A stretch of DNA of 64,000 bases from Tubulanus polymorphus (Eukaryota; Animalia; Nemertea), in NCBI RefSeq assembly GCF_964204645.1, contig NW_027437460.1, forward strand, positions 33,001 to 97,000, written 5' to 3'. Positions 30,001-45,000 of the stretch are shown one piece after another (positions within the stretch are counted from its first letter, which is position 1; every line of letters begins with the position of its first letter). The notes under the pieces were generated by a model that was not told where the DNA came from, did not search any database, and worked only from the letters and a program-made list of their open reading frames with translations. The position numbers and the translations under genes are program-made.

Positions 30001-33000
30001 TCTTTCAAACAGTCTATTGAAAATCAGTTCAGTACACCCAAACCCACCAATTAAGATAGAATTCATCATCTTTAGGACCATATTTAGCTAGAAAAATCTG
30101 TATCTTTCAACCGATCTACTCGAAATCAGTTCAGTTTACCTTAACCTATCATTTCAGATCGAATCCATCATCTTCAGAAGCAAAAGCAGCCAGAAAATTC
30201 TGAATCTTTCAAACAGTCTATTGAAAATCAGTTCAGTACTCCCTAACCCACCAATTAAGATAGAATTCATCATCTTTAGGACCATATTTAGCTAGAAAAA
30301 TCTGTATCTTTCAACCCATCTACTCGAAATCAGTTCAGTTTACCTTAACCTATCATTTCAGATCGAATTCATCATCTTCAGGAGCATTTAGTAGCCAGAA
30401 AATTCTTAATCTTTCCACCTATCTATTTCAAATCAGTTCAATACGCCTAAACCCATCTTTTCAGATTGAATCCATCATCTTCAGAAGCAAAAGCAGCCAG
30501 AAAATTCTGAATCTTTCAAACAGTCTATTGAAAATCAGTTCAGTACTCCCTAACCCACCAATTAAGATAGAATTCATCATCTTTAGGACCATATTTAGCT
30601 AGAAAAATCTGTATCTTTCAACCCATCTACTCGAAATCAGTTCAGTTTACCTTAACCTATCATTTCAGATCGAATTCATCATCTTCAGGAGCATTTAGTA
30701 GCCAGAAAATTCTTAATCTTTCCACCTATCTATTTCAAATCAGTTCAATACGCCTAAACCCATCTTTTCAGATTGAATCCATCATCTTCAGAAGCAAAAG
30801 AAGCCAGAAAATTCTGAATCTTTCAAACAGTCTATTGAAAATCAGTTCAGTACAACCTAACCCACCAATTAAGATAGAATTCATCATCTTTAGGACCATA
30901 TTTAGCTAGAAAAATCTGTATCTTTCAACCCATCTACTCGAAATCAGTTTAGTTTACCTTAACCTAGCATTTGAGATCGAATCCATCATCTTTAGGAGCA
31001 AAAGTAGCAAGAAAATTCTTAATCTTTCCACCTATCTATTTCAAATCAGTTCAATACGCCAAAAACTATCTTTTCAGATTGAATCCATCACCTTCAGAAG
31101 CAAAAGCAGCCAGAAAATTCTGAATCTTTCAAACAGTCTATTGAAAATCAGTTCAGTACACCCTAACCCACCAATTAAGATAGAATTCATCATCTTTAGG
31201 ACCATATTTAGCTAGAAAAATCTGTATCTTTCAACCCATCTACTCGAAATCAGTTCAGTTTACCTTAACCTATCATTTCAGATCGAATTCATCATCTTCA
31301 GGAGCATTTAGTAGCCAGAAAATTCTTAATCTTTCCACCTATCTATTTCAAATCAGTTCAATACGCCTAAACCCATCTTTTCAGATTGAATCCATCATCT
31401 TCAGAAGCAAAAGCAGCCAGAAAATTCTGAATCTTTCAAACAGTCTATTGAAAATCAGTTCAGTACACCCTAACCCACCAATTAAGATAGAATTCATCAT
31501 CTTTAGGACCATATTTAGCTAGAAAAATCTGTATCTTTCAACCCATCTACTCGAAATCAGTTCAGTTTACCTTAACCTATCATTTCAGATCGAATCCATC
31601 CTCTTCAGGAGCAAAAAGTAGCTAGAAAATTCTTAATCTTTCCACCTATCTATTTCAAAGCAGTTCAATACGCCTAAACCCATCTTTTCAGATTGAAAGC
31701 ATCATCTTCAGAAGCAAAAGCAGCCAGAAAATTCTGAATCTTTCAAACAGTCTATTGAAAATCAGTTCAGTACACCCTAACCCACCAATTAAGATAGAAT
31801 TCATCATCTTTAGGACCATATTTAGCTAGAAAAATCTGTATCTTTCAACCCATCTACTCGAAATCAGTTCAGTTTACCTTAACCTATCATTTCAGATTGA
31901 ATCTATCATCTTCAGGAGCAAAAGTAGCTAGAAAATTCTTAATTTTTCCACCTATCTATTTCAAATCAGTTCAATACGCCTAAACCCATTTTTCAGATTG
32001 AATCCATCATCTTCAGAAGCAAAAGCAGCCAGAAAATTCTGAATCTTTCAAACAGTCTATTGAAAATCAGTTCAGTACACCCTAACCCACCAATTAAGAT
32101 AGAATTCATCATCTTTAGGACCATATTTAGCTAGAAAAATCTGTATCTTTCAACCCATCTACTCGAAATCAGTTCAGTTTACCTTAACCTATCATTTCAG
32201 ATCGAATCCATCATCTTCAGGAGCATTTAGTAGCCAGAAAATTCTTAATCTTTCCACCTATCTATTTCAAATCAGTTCAATACGCCTAAACCCATCTTTT
32301 CAGATTGAATCCATCATCTTCAGAAGCAAAAGCAGCCAGAAAATCCTGAATCTTTCAAACAGTCTATTGAAAATCAGTTCAGTACACCCTAACCCACCAA
32401 TTAAGATAGAATTCATCATCTTTAGGACCATATTTAGCTAGAAAAATCTGTATCTTTCAACCGATCTACTCGAAATCAGTTCACTTTACCTTAACCAATC
32501 ATTTCAGATCGAATCCATCATCTTCAGGAGCAAAAGTAGCTAGAAAATTCTTAATCTTTCCACCTATCTATTTGAAATCAGTTCAATACGCCTAAACCCA
32601 TCTTTTCAGATTGAATCCATCATCTTCAGAAGCAAAAGCAGCCAGAAAATTCTGAATCTTTCAAACAGTCTATTGAAAATCAGTTCAGTACACCCTAACC
32701 CACCAATTAAGATAGATTCATCATCTTTAGGACCATATTTAGCTAGAAAAATCTGTATCTTTCAACCCATCTACTCGAAATCAGTTCAGTTTACCTTAAC
32801 CTATCATTTCAGATCGAATCCATCATCTTCAGGAGCATTTAGTAGCCAGAAAATTCTCAATCTTTCCACCTATCTATTTCAAATCAGTTCAATACGCCTA
32901 AACCCATCTTTTCAGATTGAATCCATCATCTTCAGAAGCAAAAGCAGCCAGAAAATTCTGAATCTTTCAAACAGTCTATTGAAAATCAGTTCAGTACACC

Positions 33001-36000
33001 CTAACCCACCAATTAAGATAGAATTCATCATCTTTAGGACCATATTTAGCTAGAAAAATCTGTATCTTTCAACCGATCTACTCGAAATCAGTTCAATTTA
33101 CCTTAACCAATCATTTCAGATCGAATCCATCATCTTCAGGAGCAAAAGTAGCTAGAAAATTCTTAATCTTTCCACCTATCTATTTGAAATCAGTTCAATA
33201 CGCCTAAACCCATCTTTTCAGATTGAATCCATCATCTTCAGAAGCAAAAGCAGCCAGAAAATTCTGAATCTTTCAAACAGTCTATTGAAAATCAGTTCAG
33301 TACACCCTAACCCACCAATTAAGATAGATTCATCATCTTTAGGACCATATTTAGCTAGAAAAATCTGTATCTTTCAACCCATCTACTCGAAATCAGTTCA
33401 GTTTACCTTAACCTATCATTTCAGATCGAATCCATCATCTTCAGGAGCATTTAGTAGCCAGAAAATTCTCAATCTTTCCACCTATCTATTTCAAATCAGT
33501 TCAATACGCCTAAACCCATCTTTTCAGATTGAATTCATCATCTTCAGAAGCAAAAGCAGCCAGAAAATTCTGAATCTTTCAAACAGTCTATTGAAAATCA
33601 GTTCAGTACACCCTAACCCACCAATTAAGATAGAATTCATCATCTTTAGGACCATATTTAGCTAGGAAAATCTGTATCTTTCAACCCATCTACTCGAAAT
33701 CAGTTCAGTTTACCTTAACCTATCATTTCAGATCGAATTCATCATCTTCAGGAGCATTTAGTAGCCAGAAAATTCTTAATCTTTCCACCTATCTATTTCA
33801 AATCAGTTCAATACGCCTAAACCCATCTTTTCAGATTGAATCCATCATCTTCAGAAGCAAAAGAAGCCAGAAAATTCTGAATCTTTCAAACAGTCTATTG
33901 AAAATCAGTTCAGTACACCCTAACCCACCAATTAAGATAGAATTCATCATCTTTAGGACCATATTTAGCTAGAAAAATCTGTATCTTTCAACCCATCTAC
34001 TCGAAATCAGTTCAGTTTACCTTAACCTATCATTTCAGATCGAATCTATCATCTTCAGGAGCAAAAGTAGCTAGAAAATTCTTAATCTTTCCACCTATCT
34101 ATTTCAAATCAGTTCAATACGCCTAAACCCATCTTTTCAGATTGAAACCATCATCTTCAGAAGCAAAAGCAGCCAGAAAATTCTGAATCTTTCAAACAGT
34201 CTATTGAAAATCAGTTCATTACACCCTAACCCACCAATTAAGATAGAATTCATCATCTTTAGGACCATATTTAGCTAGAAAAATCTGTATCTTTCAACCC
34301 ATCTACTCGAAATCAGTTCAGTTTACCTTAACCTATCATTTCAGATTGAATCTATCATCTTCAGGAGCAAAAGTAGCTAGAAAATTCTTAATCTTTCCAC
34401 CTATCTATTTCAAATCAGTTCAATACGCCTAAACCCATCTTTTCAGATTGAATCCATCATCTTCAGAAGCAAAAGCAGCCAGAAAATTCTGAATCTTTCA
34501 AACAGTCTATTGAAAATCAGTTCAGTACTCCCTAACCCACCAATTAAGATAGAATTCATCATCTTTGGGACCATATTTAGCTAGAAAAATCTGTATCTTT
34601 CAACCCATCTACTCGAAATCAGTTTAGTTTACCTTAACCTAGCATTTGAGATCGAATCCATCATCTTTAGGAGCAAAAGTAGCAAGAAAATTCTTAATCT
34701 TTCCACCTATCTATTTCAAATCAGTTCAATACGCCAAAAACTATCTTTTCAGATTGAATCCATCACCTTCAGAAGCAAAAGAAGCCAGAAAATTCTGAAT
34801 CTTTCAAACAGTCTATTGAAAATCAGTTCAGTACACCCTAACCCACCAATTAAGATAGAATTCATCATCTTTAGGACCATATTTAGCTAGAAAAATCTGT
34901 ATCTTTCAACCCATCTACTCGAAATCAGTTCAGTTTACCTTAACCTATCATTTCAGATCGAATTCATCATCTTCAGGAGCATTTAGTAGCCAGAAAATTC
35001 TTAATCTTTCCACCTATCTATTTCAAATCAGTTCAATACGCCTAAACCCATCTTTTCAGATTGAAACCATCATCTTCAGAAGCAAAAGCAACCAGAAAAT
35101 TCTGAATCTTTCAAACAGTCTATTGAAAATCAGTTCAGTACACCCTAACCCACCAATTAAGATAGAATTCATCATCTTTAGGACCATATTTAGCTAGAAA
35201 AATCTGTATCTTTCAACCCATCTACTCGAAATCAGTTCAGTTTACCTTAACCTATCATTTCAGATCGAATCCATCCTCTTCAGGAGCAAAAAGTAGCTAG
35301 AAAATTCTTAATCTTTCCACCTATCTATTTCAAAGCAGTTCAATACGCCTAAACCCATCTTTTCAGATTGAAAGCATCATCTTCAGAAGCAAAAGCAGCC
35401 AGAAAATTCTGAATCTTTCAAACAGTCTATTGAAAATCAGTTCAGAACACCCTAACCCACCAATTAAGATAGAATTCATCATCTTTAGGACCATATTTAG
35501 CTAGAAAAATCTGTATCTTTCAACCCATCTACTCGAAATCAGTTCAGTTTACCTTAACCTATCATTTCAGATTGAATCTATCATCTTCAGGAGCAAAAGT
35601 AGCTAGAAAATTCTTAATTTTTCCACCTATCTATTTCAAATCAGTTCAATACGCCTAAACCCATCTTTTCAGATTGAATCCATCATCTTCAGAAGCAAAA
35701 GCAGCCAGAAAATTCTGAATCTTTCAAACAGTCTATTGAAAATCAGTTCAGTACACCCTAACCCACCAATTAAGATAGAATTCATCATCTTTAGGACCAT
35801 ATTTAGCTAGAAAAATCTGTATCTTTCAACCCATCTACTCGAAATCAGTTCAGTTTACCTTAACCTATCATTTCAGATCGAATCCATCATCTTCAGGAGC
35901 AAAAGTAGCTAGAAAATTCTTAATTTTTCCACCTATCTATTTGAAATCAGTTCAATACGCCTAAACCCATCTTTTCAGATTGAATCCATCATCTTCAGAA

Positions 36001-39000
36001 GCAAAAGCAGCCAGAAAATTCTGAATCTTTCAAACAGTCTATTGAAAATCAGTTCAGTACACCCTAACCCACCAATTAAGATAGATTCATCATCTTTAGG
36101 ACCATATTTAGCTAGAAAAATCTGTATCTTTCAACCCATCTACTCGAAATCAGTTCAGTTTACCTTAACCTATCATTTCAGATCGAATCCATCATCTTCA
36201 GGAGCATTTAGTAGCCAGAAAATTCTCAATCTTTCCACCTATCTATTTCAAATCAGTTCAATACGCCTAAACCCATCTTTTCAGATTGAATCCATCATCT
36301 TCAGAAGCAAAAGCAGCCAGAAAATTCTGAATCTTTCAAACAGTCTATTGAAAATCAGTTCAGTACACCCTAACCCACCAATTAAGATAGAATTCATCAT
36401 CTTTAGGACCATATTTAGCTAGAAAAATCTGTATCTTTCAACCGATCTACTCGAAATCAGTTCAATTTACCTTAACCAATCATTTCAGATCGAATCCATC
36501 ATCTTCAGGAGCAAAAGTAGCTAGAAAATTCTTAATCTTTCCACCTATCTATTTGAAATCAGTTCAATACGCCTAAACCCATCTTTTCAGATTGAATCCA
36601 TCATCTTCAGAAGCAAAAGCAGCCAGAAAATTCTGAATCTTTCAAACAGTCTATTGAAAATCAGTTCAGTACACCCTAACCCACCAATTAAGATAGATTC
36701 ATCATCTTTAGGACCATATTTAGCTAGAAAAATCTGTATCTGTCAACCCATCTACTCGAAATCAGTTCAGTTTACCTTAACCTATCATTTCAGATCGAAT
36801 CCATCATCTTCAGGAGCAAAAAGTAGCTAGAAAATTCTTAATCTTTCCACCTATCTATTTCAAATCAGTTCAATACGCCTAAACCCATCTTTTCAGATTG
36901 AAAGCATCATCTTCAGAAGCAAAAGCAGCCAGAAAATTCTGAATCTTTCAAACAGTCTATTGAAAATCAGTTCAGTACACCCTAACCCACCAATTAAGAT
37001 AGAATTCATCATCTTTAGGACCATATTTAGCTAGAAAAATCTGTATCTTTCAACCCATCTACTCGAAATCAGTTCAGATTACCTTAACCTATCATTTGAG
37101 ATCGAATCCATCATCTTCAGGAGCATTTAGTAGCCAGAAAATTCTTAACCTTTCCACCTATCTATTTCAAATCAGTTCAATACGCCTAAACCCATCTTTT
37201 CAGATTGAATCCATCATCTTCAGAAGCAAAAGCAGCCAGAAAATCCTGAATCTTTCAAACAGTCTATTCAAAATCAGTTCAGTACACCCTAACACACCAA
37301 TTAAGATAGAATTCATCATCTTTAGGACCATATTTAGCTAGAAAAATCTGTATCTTTCAACCCATCTACTCGAAATCAGTTCAGTTTACCTTAACCTATC
37401 ATTTCAGATCGAATCCATCATCTTCAGGAGCATTTAGTAGCCAGAAAATTCTTAATCTTTCCACCTATCTATTTCAAATCAGTTCAATACGCCTAAACCC
37501 ATCTTTTCGGATTGAAACCATCATCTTCAGAAGCACAAGCAGCCAGAAAATTCTGAATCTTTCAAACAGTCTATTGAAAATCAGTTCAGTACACCCTAAC
37601 CCACCAATTAAGATAGAATTCATCATCTTTAGGACCATATTTAGCTAGAAAAATCTGTATCTTTCAACCGATCTACTCGAAATCAGTTCAGTTTACCTTA
37701 ACCTATCATTTCAGATCGAATCCATCATCTTCAGGAGCAAAAGTAGCTAGAAAATTCTTAATCTTTCCACCTATCTATTTGAAGTCAGTTCAATACGCCT
37801 TAACCCATCTTTTCAGATTGAAACCATCATCTTCAGAAGCAAAAGCAGCCAGAAAATTCTGAATCTTTCAAACAGTCTATTGAAAATCAGTTCAGTACAC
37901 CCTAACCCACCAATTAAGATAGAATTCATCATCTTTAGGACCATATTTAGCTAGAAAAATCTGTATCTTTCAACCCATCCACCAAAAATCAGTTCAGTTT
38001 ACCTTAACCTATCATTTCAGATCGAATCCATCATCTTCAGGAGCAAAAGTAGCTAGAAAATTCTTAATCTTTCCACCTATCTATTTGAAGTCAGTTCAAT
38101 ACGCCTTAACCCATCTTTTCAGATTGAAACCATCATCTTCAGAAGCAAAAGCAGCCAGAAAATTCTGAATCGTTCAAACAGTCTATTGAAAATCAGTTCA
38201 GTACACCCTAACCCACCAATTAAGATAGAATTCAACATCTTTAGGACCATATTTAGCTAGAAAAATCTGTATCTTTCAACCCATCTACTCGAAATCAGTT
38301 TAGTTTACCTTAACCTATCATTTGAGATCGAATCCATCATCTTCAGGAGGATTTAGTAGCCAGAAAATTCTTAATCTTTCCACCTATCTATTTCAAATCA
38401 GTTCAATACGCCTAAACCCATCTTTTCAGATTGAATCCATCATCTTCAGAAGCAAAAGCAGCCAGAAAATTCTGAATCTTTCAAACAGTCTATTGAAAAT
38501 CAGTTCAGTACACCCTAACCCACCAATTAAGATAGAATTCATCATCTTTAGGACCATATTTAGCTAGAAAAATCTGTATCTTTCAACCCATCTACCAAAA
38601 ATCAGTTCAGTTTACCTTAACCTATCATTTCAGATCGAATCCATCATCTTCAGGAGCAAAAAGTAGCTAGAAAATTCTTAATCTTTCCACCTATCTATTT
38701 CAAATCAGTTCAATACGCCTAAACCCATCTTTTCAGATTGAAACCATCATCTTCAGAAGCAAAAGCAGCCAGAAAATTCTGAATCTTTCAAACAGTCTAT
38801 TGAAAATCAGTTCATTACACCCTAACCCACCAATTAAGATAGAATTCATCATCTTTAGGACCATATTTAGCTAGAAAAATCTGTATCTTTCAACCCATCT
38901 ACTCGAAATCAGTTCAGTTTACCTTAACCTATCATTTCAGATTGAATCTATCATCTTCAGGAGCAAAACAAAAGTAGCTAGAAAATTCTTAATCTTTCCA

Positions 39001-42000
39001 CCTATCTATTTCAAATCAGTTCAATACGCCTAAACCCATCTTTTCAGATTGAATCCATCATCTTCAGAAGCAAAAGCAGCCAGAAAATTCTGAATCTTTC
39101 AAACAGTCTATTGAAAATCAGTTCAGTACTCCCTAACCCACCAATTAAGATAGAATTCATCATCTTTGGGACCATATTTAGCTAGAAAAATCTGTATCTT
39201 TCAACCCATCTACTCGAAATCAGTTTAGTTTACCTTAACCTAGCATTTGAGATCGAATCCATCATCTTTAGGAGCAAAAGTAGCAAGAAAATTCATAATC
39301 TTTCCACCTATCTATTTCAAATCAGTTCAATACGCCAAAAACTATCTTTTCAGATTGAATCCATCACCTTCAGAAGCAAAAGAAGCCAGAAAATTCTGAA
39401 TCTTTCAAACAGTCTATTGAAAATCAGTTCAGTACACCCTAACCCACCAATTAAGATAGAATTCATCATCTTTAGGACCATATTTAGCTAGAAAAATCTG
39501 TATCTTTCAACCCATCTACTCGAAATCAGTTCAGTTTACCTTAACCTATCATTTCAGATCGAATTCATCATCTTCAGGAGCATTTAGTAGCCAGAAAATT
39601 CTTAATCTTTCCACCTATCTATTTCAAATCAGTTCAATACGCCTAAACCCATCTTTTCAGATTGAAACCATCATCTTCAGAAGCAAAAGCAGCCAGAAAA
39701 TTCTGAATCTTTCAAACAGTCTATTGAAAATCAGTTCAGAACACCCTAACCCACCAATTAAGATAGAATTCATCATCTTTAGGACCATATTTAGCTAGAA
39801 AAATCTGTATCTTTCAACCCATCTACTCGAAATCAGTTCAGTTTACCTTAACCTATCATTTCAGATTGAATCTATCATCTTCAGGAGCAAAAGTAGCTAG
39901 AAAATTCTTAATTTTTCCACCTATCTATTTCAAATCAGTTCAATACGCCTAAACCCATCTTTTCAGATTGAATCCATCATCTTCAGAAGCAAAAGCAGCC
40001 AGAAAATTCTGAATCTTTCAAACAGTCTATTGAAAATCAGTTCAGTACACCCTAACCCACCAATTAAGATAGAATTCATCATCTTTAGGACCATATTTAG
40101 CTAGAAAAATCTGTATCTTTCAACCCATCTACTCGAAATCAGTTCAGTTTACCTTAACCTATCATTTCAGATCGAATCCATCATCTTCAGGAGCAAAAGT
40201 AGCTAGAAAATTCTTAATTTTTCCACCTATCTATTTGAAATCAGTTCAATACGCCTAAACCCATCTTTTCAGATTGAATCCATCATCTTCAGAAGCAAAA
40301 GCAGCCAGAAAATTCTGAATCTTTCAAACAGTCTATTGAAAATCAGTTCAGTACACCCTAACCCACCAATTAAGATAGATTCATCATCTTTAGGACCATA
40401 TTTAGCTAGAAAAATCTGTATCTTTCAACCCATCTACTCGAAATCAGTTCAGTTTACCTTAACCTATCATTTCAGATCGAATCCATCATCTTCAGGAGCA
40501 TTTAGTAGCCAGAAAATTCTCAATCTTTCCACCTATCTATTTCAAATCAGTTCAATACGCCTAAACCCATCTTTTCAGATTGAATCCATCATCTTCAGAA
40601 GCAAAAGCAGCCAGAAAATTCTGAATCTTTCAAACAGTCTATTGAAAATCAGTTCAGTACACCCTAACCCACCAATTAAGATAGAATTCATCATCTTTAG
40701 GACCATATTTAGCTAGAAAAATCTGTATCTTTCAACCGATCTACTCGAAATCAGTTCAATTTACCTTAACCAATCATTTCAGATCGAATCCATCATCTTC
40801 AGGAGCAAAAGTAGCTAGAAAATTCTTAATCTTTCCACCTATCTATTTGAAATCAGTTCAATACGCCTAAACCCATCTTTTCAGATTGAATCCATCATCT
40901 TCAGAAGCAAAAGCAGCCAGAAAATTCTGAATCTTTCAAACAGTCTATTGAAAATCAGTTCAGTACACCCTAACCCACCAATTAAGATAGAATTCATCAT
41001 CTTTAGGACCATATTTAGCTAGAAAAATCTGTATCTTTCAACCCATCTACTCGAAATCAGTTCAGATTACCTTAACCTATCATTTGAGATCGAATCCATC
41101 ATCTTCAGGAGCATTTAGTAGCCAGAAAATTCTTAACCTTTCCACCTATCTATTTCAAATCAGTTCAATACGCCTAAACCCATCTTTTCAGATTGAATCC
41201 ATCATCTTCAGAAGCAAAAGCAGCCAGAAAATCCTGAATCTTTCAAACAGTCTATTCAAAATCAGTTCAGTACACCCTAACACACCAATTAAGATAGAAT
41301 TCATCATCTTTAGGACCATATTTAGCTAGAAAAATCTGTATCTTTCAACCGATCTACTCGAAATCAGTTCAGTTTACCTTAACCTATCATTTCAGATCGA
41401 ATCCATCATCTTCAGGAGCAAAAGTAGCTAGAAAATTCTTAATCTTTCCACCTATCTATTTGAAGTCAGTTCAATACGCCTTAACCCATCTTTTCAGATT
41501 GAAACCATCATCTTCAGAAGCAAAAGCAGCCAGAAAATTCTGAATCTTTCAAACAGTCTATTGAAAATCAGTTCAGTACACCCTAACCCACCAATTAAGA
41601 TAGAATTCATCATCTTTAGGACCATATTTAGCTAGAAAAATCTGTATCTTTCAACCCATCCACCAAAAATCAGTTCAGTTTACCTTAACCTATCATTTCA
41701 GATCGAATCCATCATCTTCAGGAGCAAAAGTAGCTAGAAAATTCTTAATCTTTCCACCTATCTATTTGAAGTCAGTTCAATACGCCTTAACCCATCTTTT
41801 CAGATTGAAACCATCATCTTCAGAAGCAAAAGCAGCCAGAAAATTCTGAATCGTTCAAACAGTCTATTGAAAATCAGTTCAGTACACCCTAACCCACCAA
41901 TTAAGATAGAATTCATCATCTTTAGGACCATATTTAGCTAGAAAAATCTGTATCTTTCAACCCATCTACTCGAAATCAGTTTAGTTTACCTTAACCTATC

Positions 42001-45000
42001 ATTTGAGATCGAATCCATCATCTTCAGGAGGATTTAGTAGCCAGAAAATTCTTAATCTTTCCACCTATCTATTTCAAATCAGTTCAATACGCCTAAACCC
42101 ATCTTTTCAGATTGAATCCATCATCTTCAGAAGCAAAAGCAGCCAGAAAATTCTGAATCTTTCAAACAGTCTATTGAAAATCAGTTCAGTACACCCTAAC
42201 CCACCAATTAAGATAGAATTCATCATCTTTAGGACCATATTTAGCTAGAAAAATCTGTATCTTTCAACCCATCTACCAAAAATCAGTTCAGTTTACCTTA
42301 ACCTATCATTTCAGATCGAATCCATCATCTTCAGGAGCAAAAGTAGCTAGAAAATTCTTAATCTTTCCACCTATCTATTTCAAATCAGTTCAATACGCCT
42401 AAACCCATCTTTTCAGATTGAAACCATCATCTTCAGAAGCAAAAGCAGCCAGAAAATTCTGAATCTTTCAAACAGTCTATTGAAAATCAGTTCATTACAC
42501 CCTAACCCACCAATTAAGATAGAATTCATCATCTTTAGGACCATATTTAGCTAGAAAAATCTGTATCTTTCAACCCATCTACTCGAAATCAGTTCAGTTT
42601 ACCTTAACCTATCATTTCAGATTGAATCTATCATCTTCAGGAGCAAAACAAAAGTAGCTAGAAAATTCTTAATCTTTCCACCTATCTATTTCAAATCAGT
42701 TCAATACGCCTAAACCCATCTTTTCAGATTGAATCCATCATCTTCAGAAGCAAAAGCAGCCAGAAAATTCTGAATCTTTCAAACAGTCTATTGAAAATCA
42801 GTTCAGTACTCCCTAACCCACCAATTAAGATAGAATTCATCATCTTTGGGACCATATTTAGCTAGAAAAATCTGTATCTTTCAACCCATCTACTCGAAAT
42901 CAGTTTAGTTTACCTTAACCTAGCATTTGAGATCGAATCCATCATCTTTAGGAGCAAAAGTAGCAAGAAAATTCTTAATCTTTCCACCTATCTATTTCAA
43001 ATCAGTTCAATACGCCAAAAACTATCTTTTCAGATTGAATCCATCACCTTCAGAAGCAAAAGAAGCCAGAAAATTCTGAATCTTTCAAACAGTCTATTGA
43101 AAATCAGTTCAGTACACCCTAACCCACCAATTAAGATAGAATTCATCATCTTTAGGACCATATTTAGCTAGAAAAATCTGTATCTTTCAACCCATCTACT
43201 CGAAATCAGTTCAGTTTACCTTAACCTATCATTTCAGATCGAATTCATCATCTTCAGGAGCATTTAGTAGCCAGAAAATTCTTAATCTTTCCACCTATCT
43301 ATTTCAAATCAGTTCAATACGCCTAAACCCATCTTTTCAGATTGAAACCATCATCTTCAGAAGCAAAAGCAGCCAGAAAATTCTGAATCTTTCAAACAGT
43401 CTATTGAAAATCAGTTCAGTACACCCTAACCCACCAATTAAGATAGAATTCATCATCTTTAGGACCATATTTAGCTAGAAAAATCTGTATCTTTCAACCC
43501 ATCTACTCGAAATCAGTTCAGTTTACCTTAACCTATCATTTCAGATCGAATCCATCCTCTTCAGGAGCAAAAAGTAGCTAGAAAATTCTTAATCTTTCCA
43601 CCTATCTATTTCAAAGCAGTTCAATACGCCTAAACCCATCTTTTCAGATTGAAAGCATCATCTTCAGAAGCAAAAGCAGCCAGAAAATTCTGAATCTTTC
43701 AAACAGTCTATTGAAAATCAGTTCAGTACACCCTAACCCACCAATTAAGATAGAATTCATCATCTTTAGGACCATATTTAGCTAGAAAAATCTGTATCTT
43801 TCAACCCATCTACTCGAAATCAGTTCAGTTTACCTTAACCTATCATTTCAGATTGAATCTATCATCTTCAGGAGCAAAAGTAGCTAGAAAATTCTTAATT
43901 TTTCCACCTATCTATTTCAAATCAGTTCAATACGCCTAAACCCATCTTTTCAGATTGAATCCATCATCTTCAGAAGCAAAAGCAGCCAGAAAATTCTGAA
44001 TCTTTCAAACAGTCTATTGAAAATCAGTTCAGTACACCCTAACCCACCAATTAAGATAGAATTCATCATCTTTAGGACCATATTTAGCTAGAAAAATCTG
44101 TATCTTTCAACCCATCTACTCGAAATCAGTTCAGTTTACCTTAACCTATCATTTCAGATCGAATCCATCATCTTCAGGAGCATTTAGTAGCCAGAAAATT
44201 CTTAATCTTTCCACCTATCTATTTCAAATCAGTTCAATACGCCTAAACCCATCTTTTCAGATTGAATCCATCATCTTCAGAAGCAAAAGCAGCCAGAAAA
44301 TCCTGAATCTTTCAAACAGTCTATTGAAAATCAGTTCAGTACACCCTAACCCACCAATTAAGATAGAATTCATCATCTTTAGGACCATATTTAGCTAGAA
44401 AAATCTGTATCTTTCAACCCATCTACCAAAAATCAGTTCAGTTTACCTTAACCTATCATTTCAGATCGAATCCATCATCTTCAGGAGCAAAAGTAGCTAG
44501 AAAATTCTTAATATTTCCACCTATCTATTTCAAATCAGTTCAATACGCCTAAACCCATCTTTTCAGATTGAAACCATCATCTTCAGAAGCAAAAGCAGCC
44601 AGAAAATTCTGAATCTTTCAAACAGTCTATTGAAAATCAGTTCAGTACACCCTAACCCACCAATTAAGATAGAATTCATCATCTTTAGGACCATATTTAG
44701 CTAGAAAAATCTGTATCTTTCAACCCATCTACTCGAAATCAGTTCAGTTTACCTTAACCTATCATTTCAGATCGAATCCATCCTCTTCAGGAGCAAAAAG
44801 TAGCTAGAAAATTCTTAATCTTTCCACCTATCTATTTCAAAGCAGTTCAATACGCCTAAACCCATCTTTTCAGATTGAAAGCATCATCTTCAGAAGCAAA
44901 AGCAGCCAGAAAATTCTGAATCTTTCAAACAGTCTATTGAAAATCAGTTCAGTACACCCTAACCCACCAATTAAGATAGAATTCATCATCTTTAGGACCA

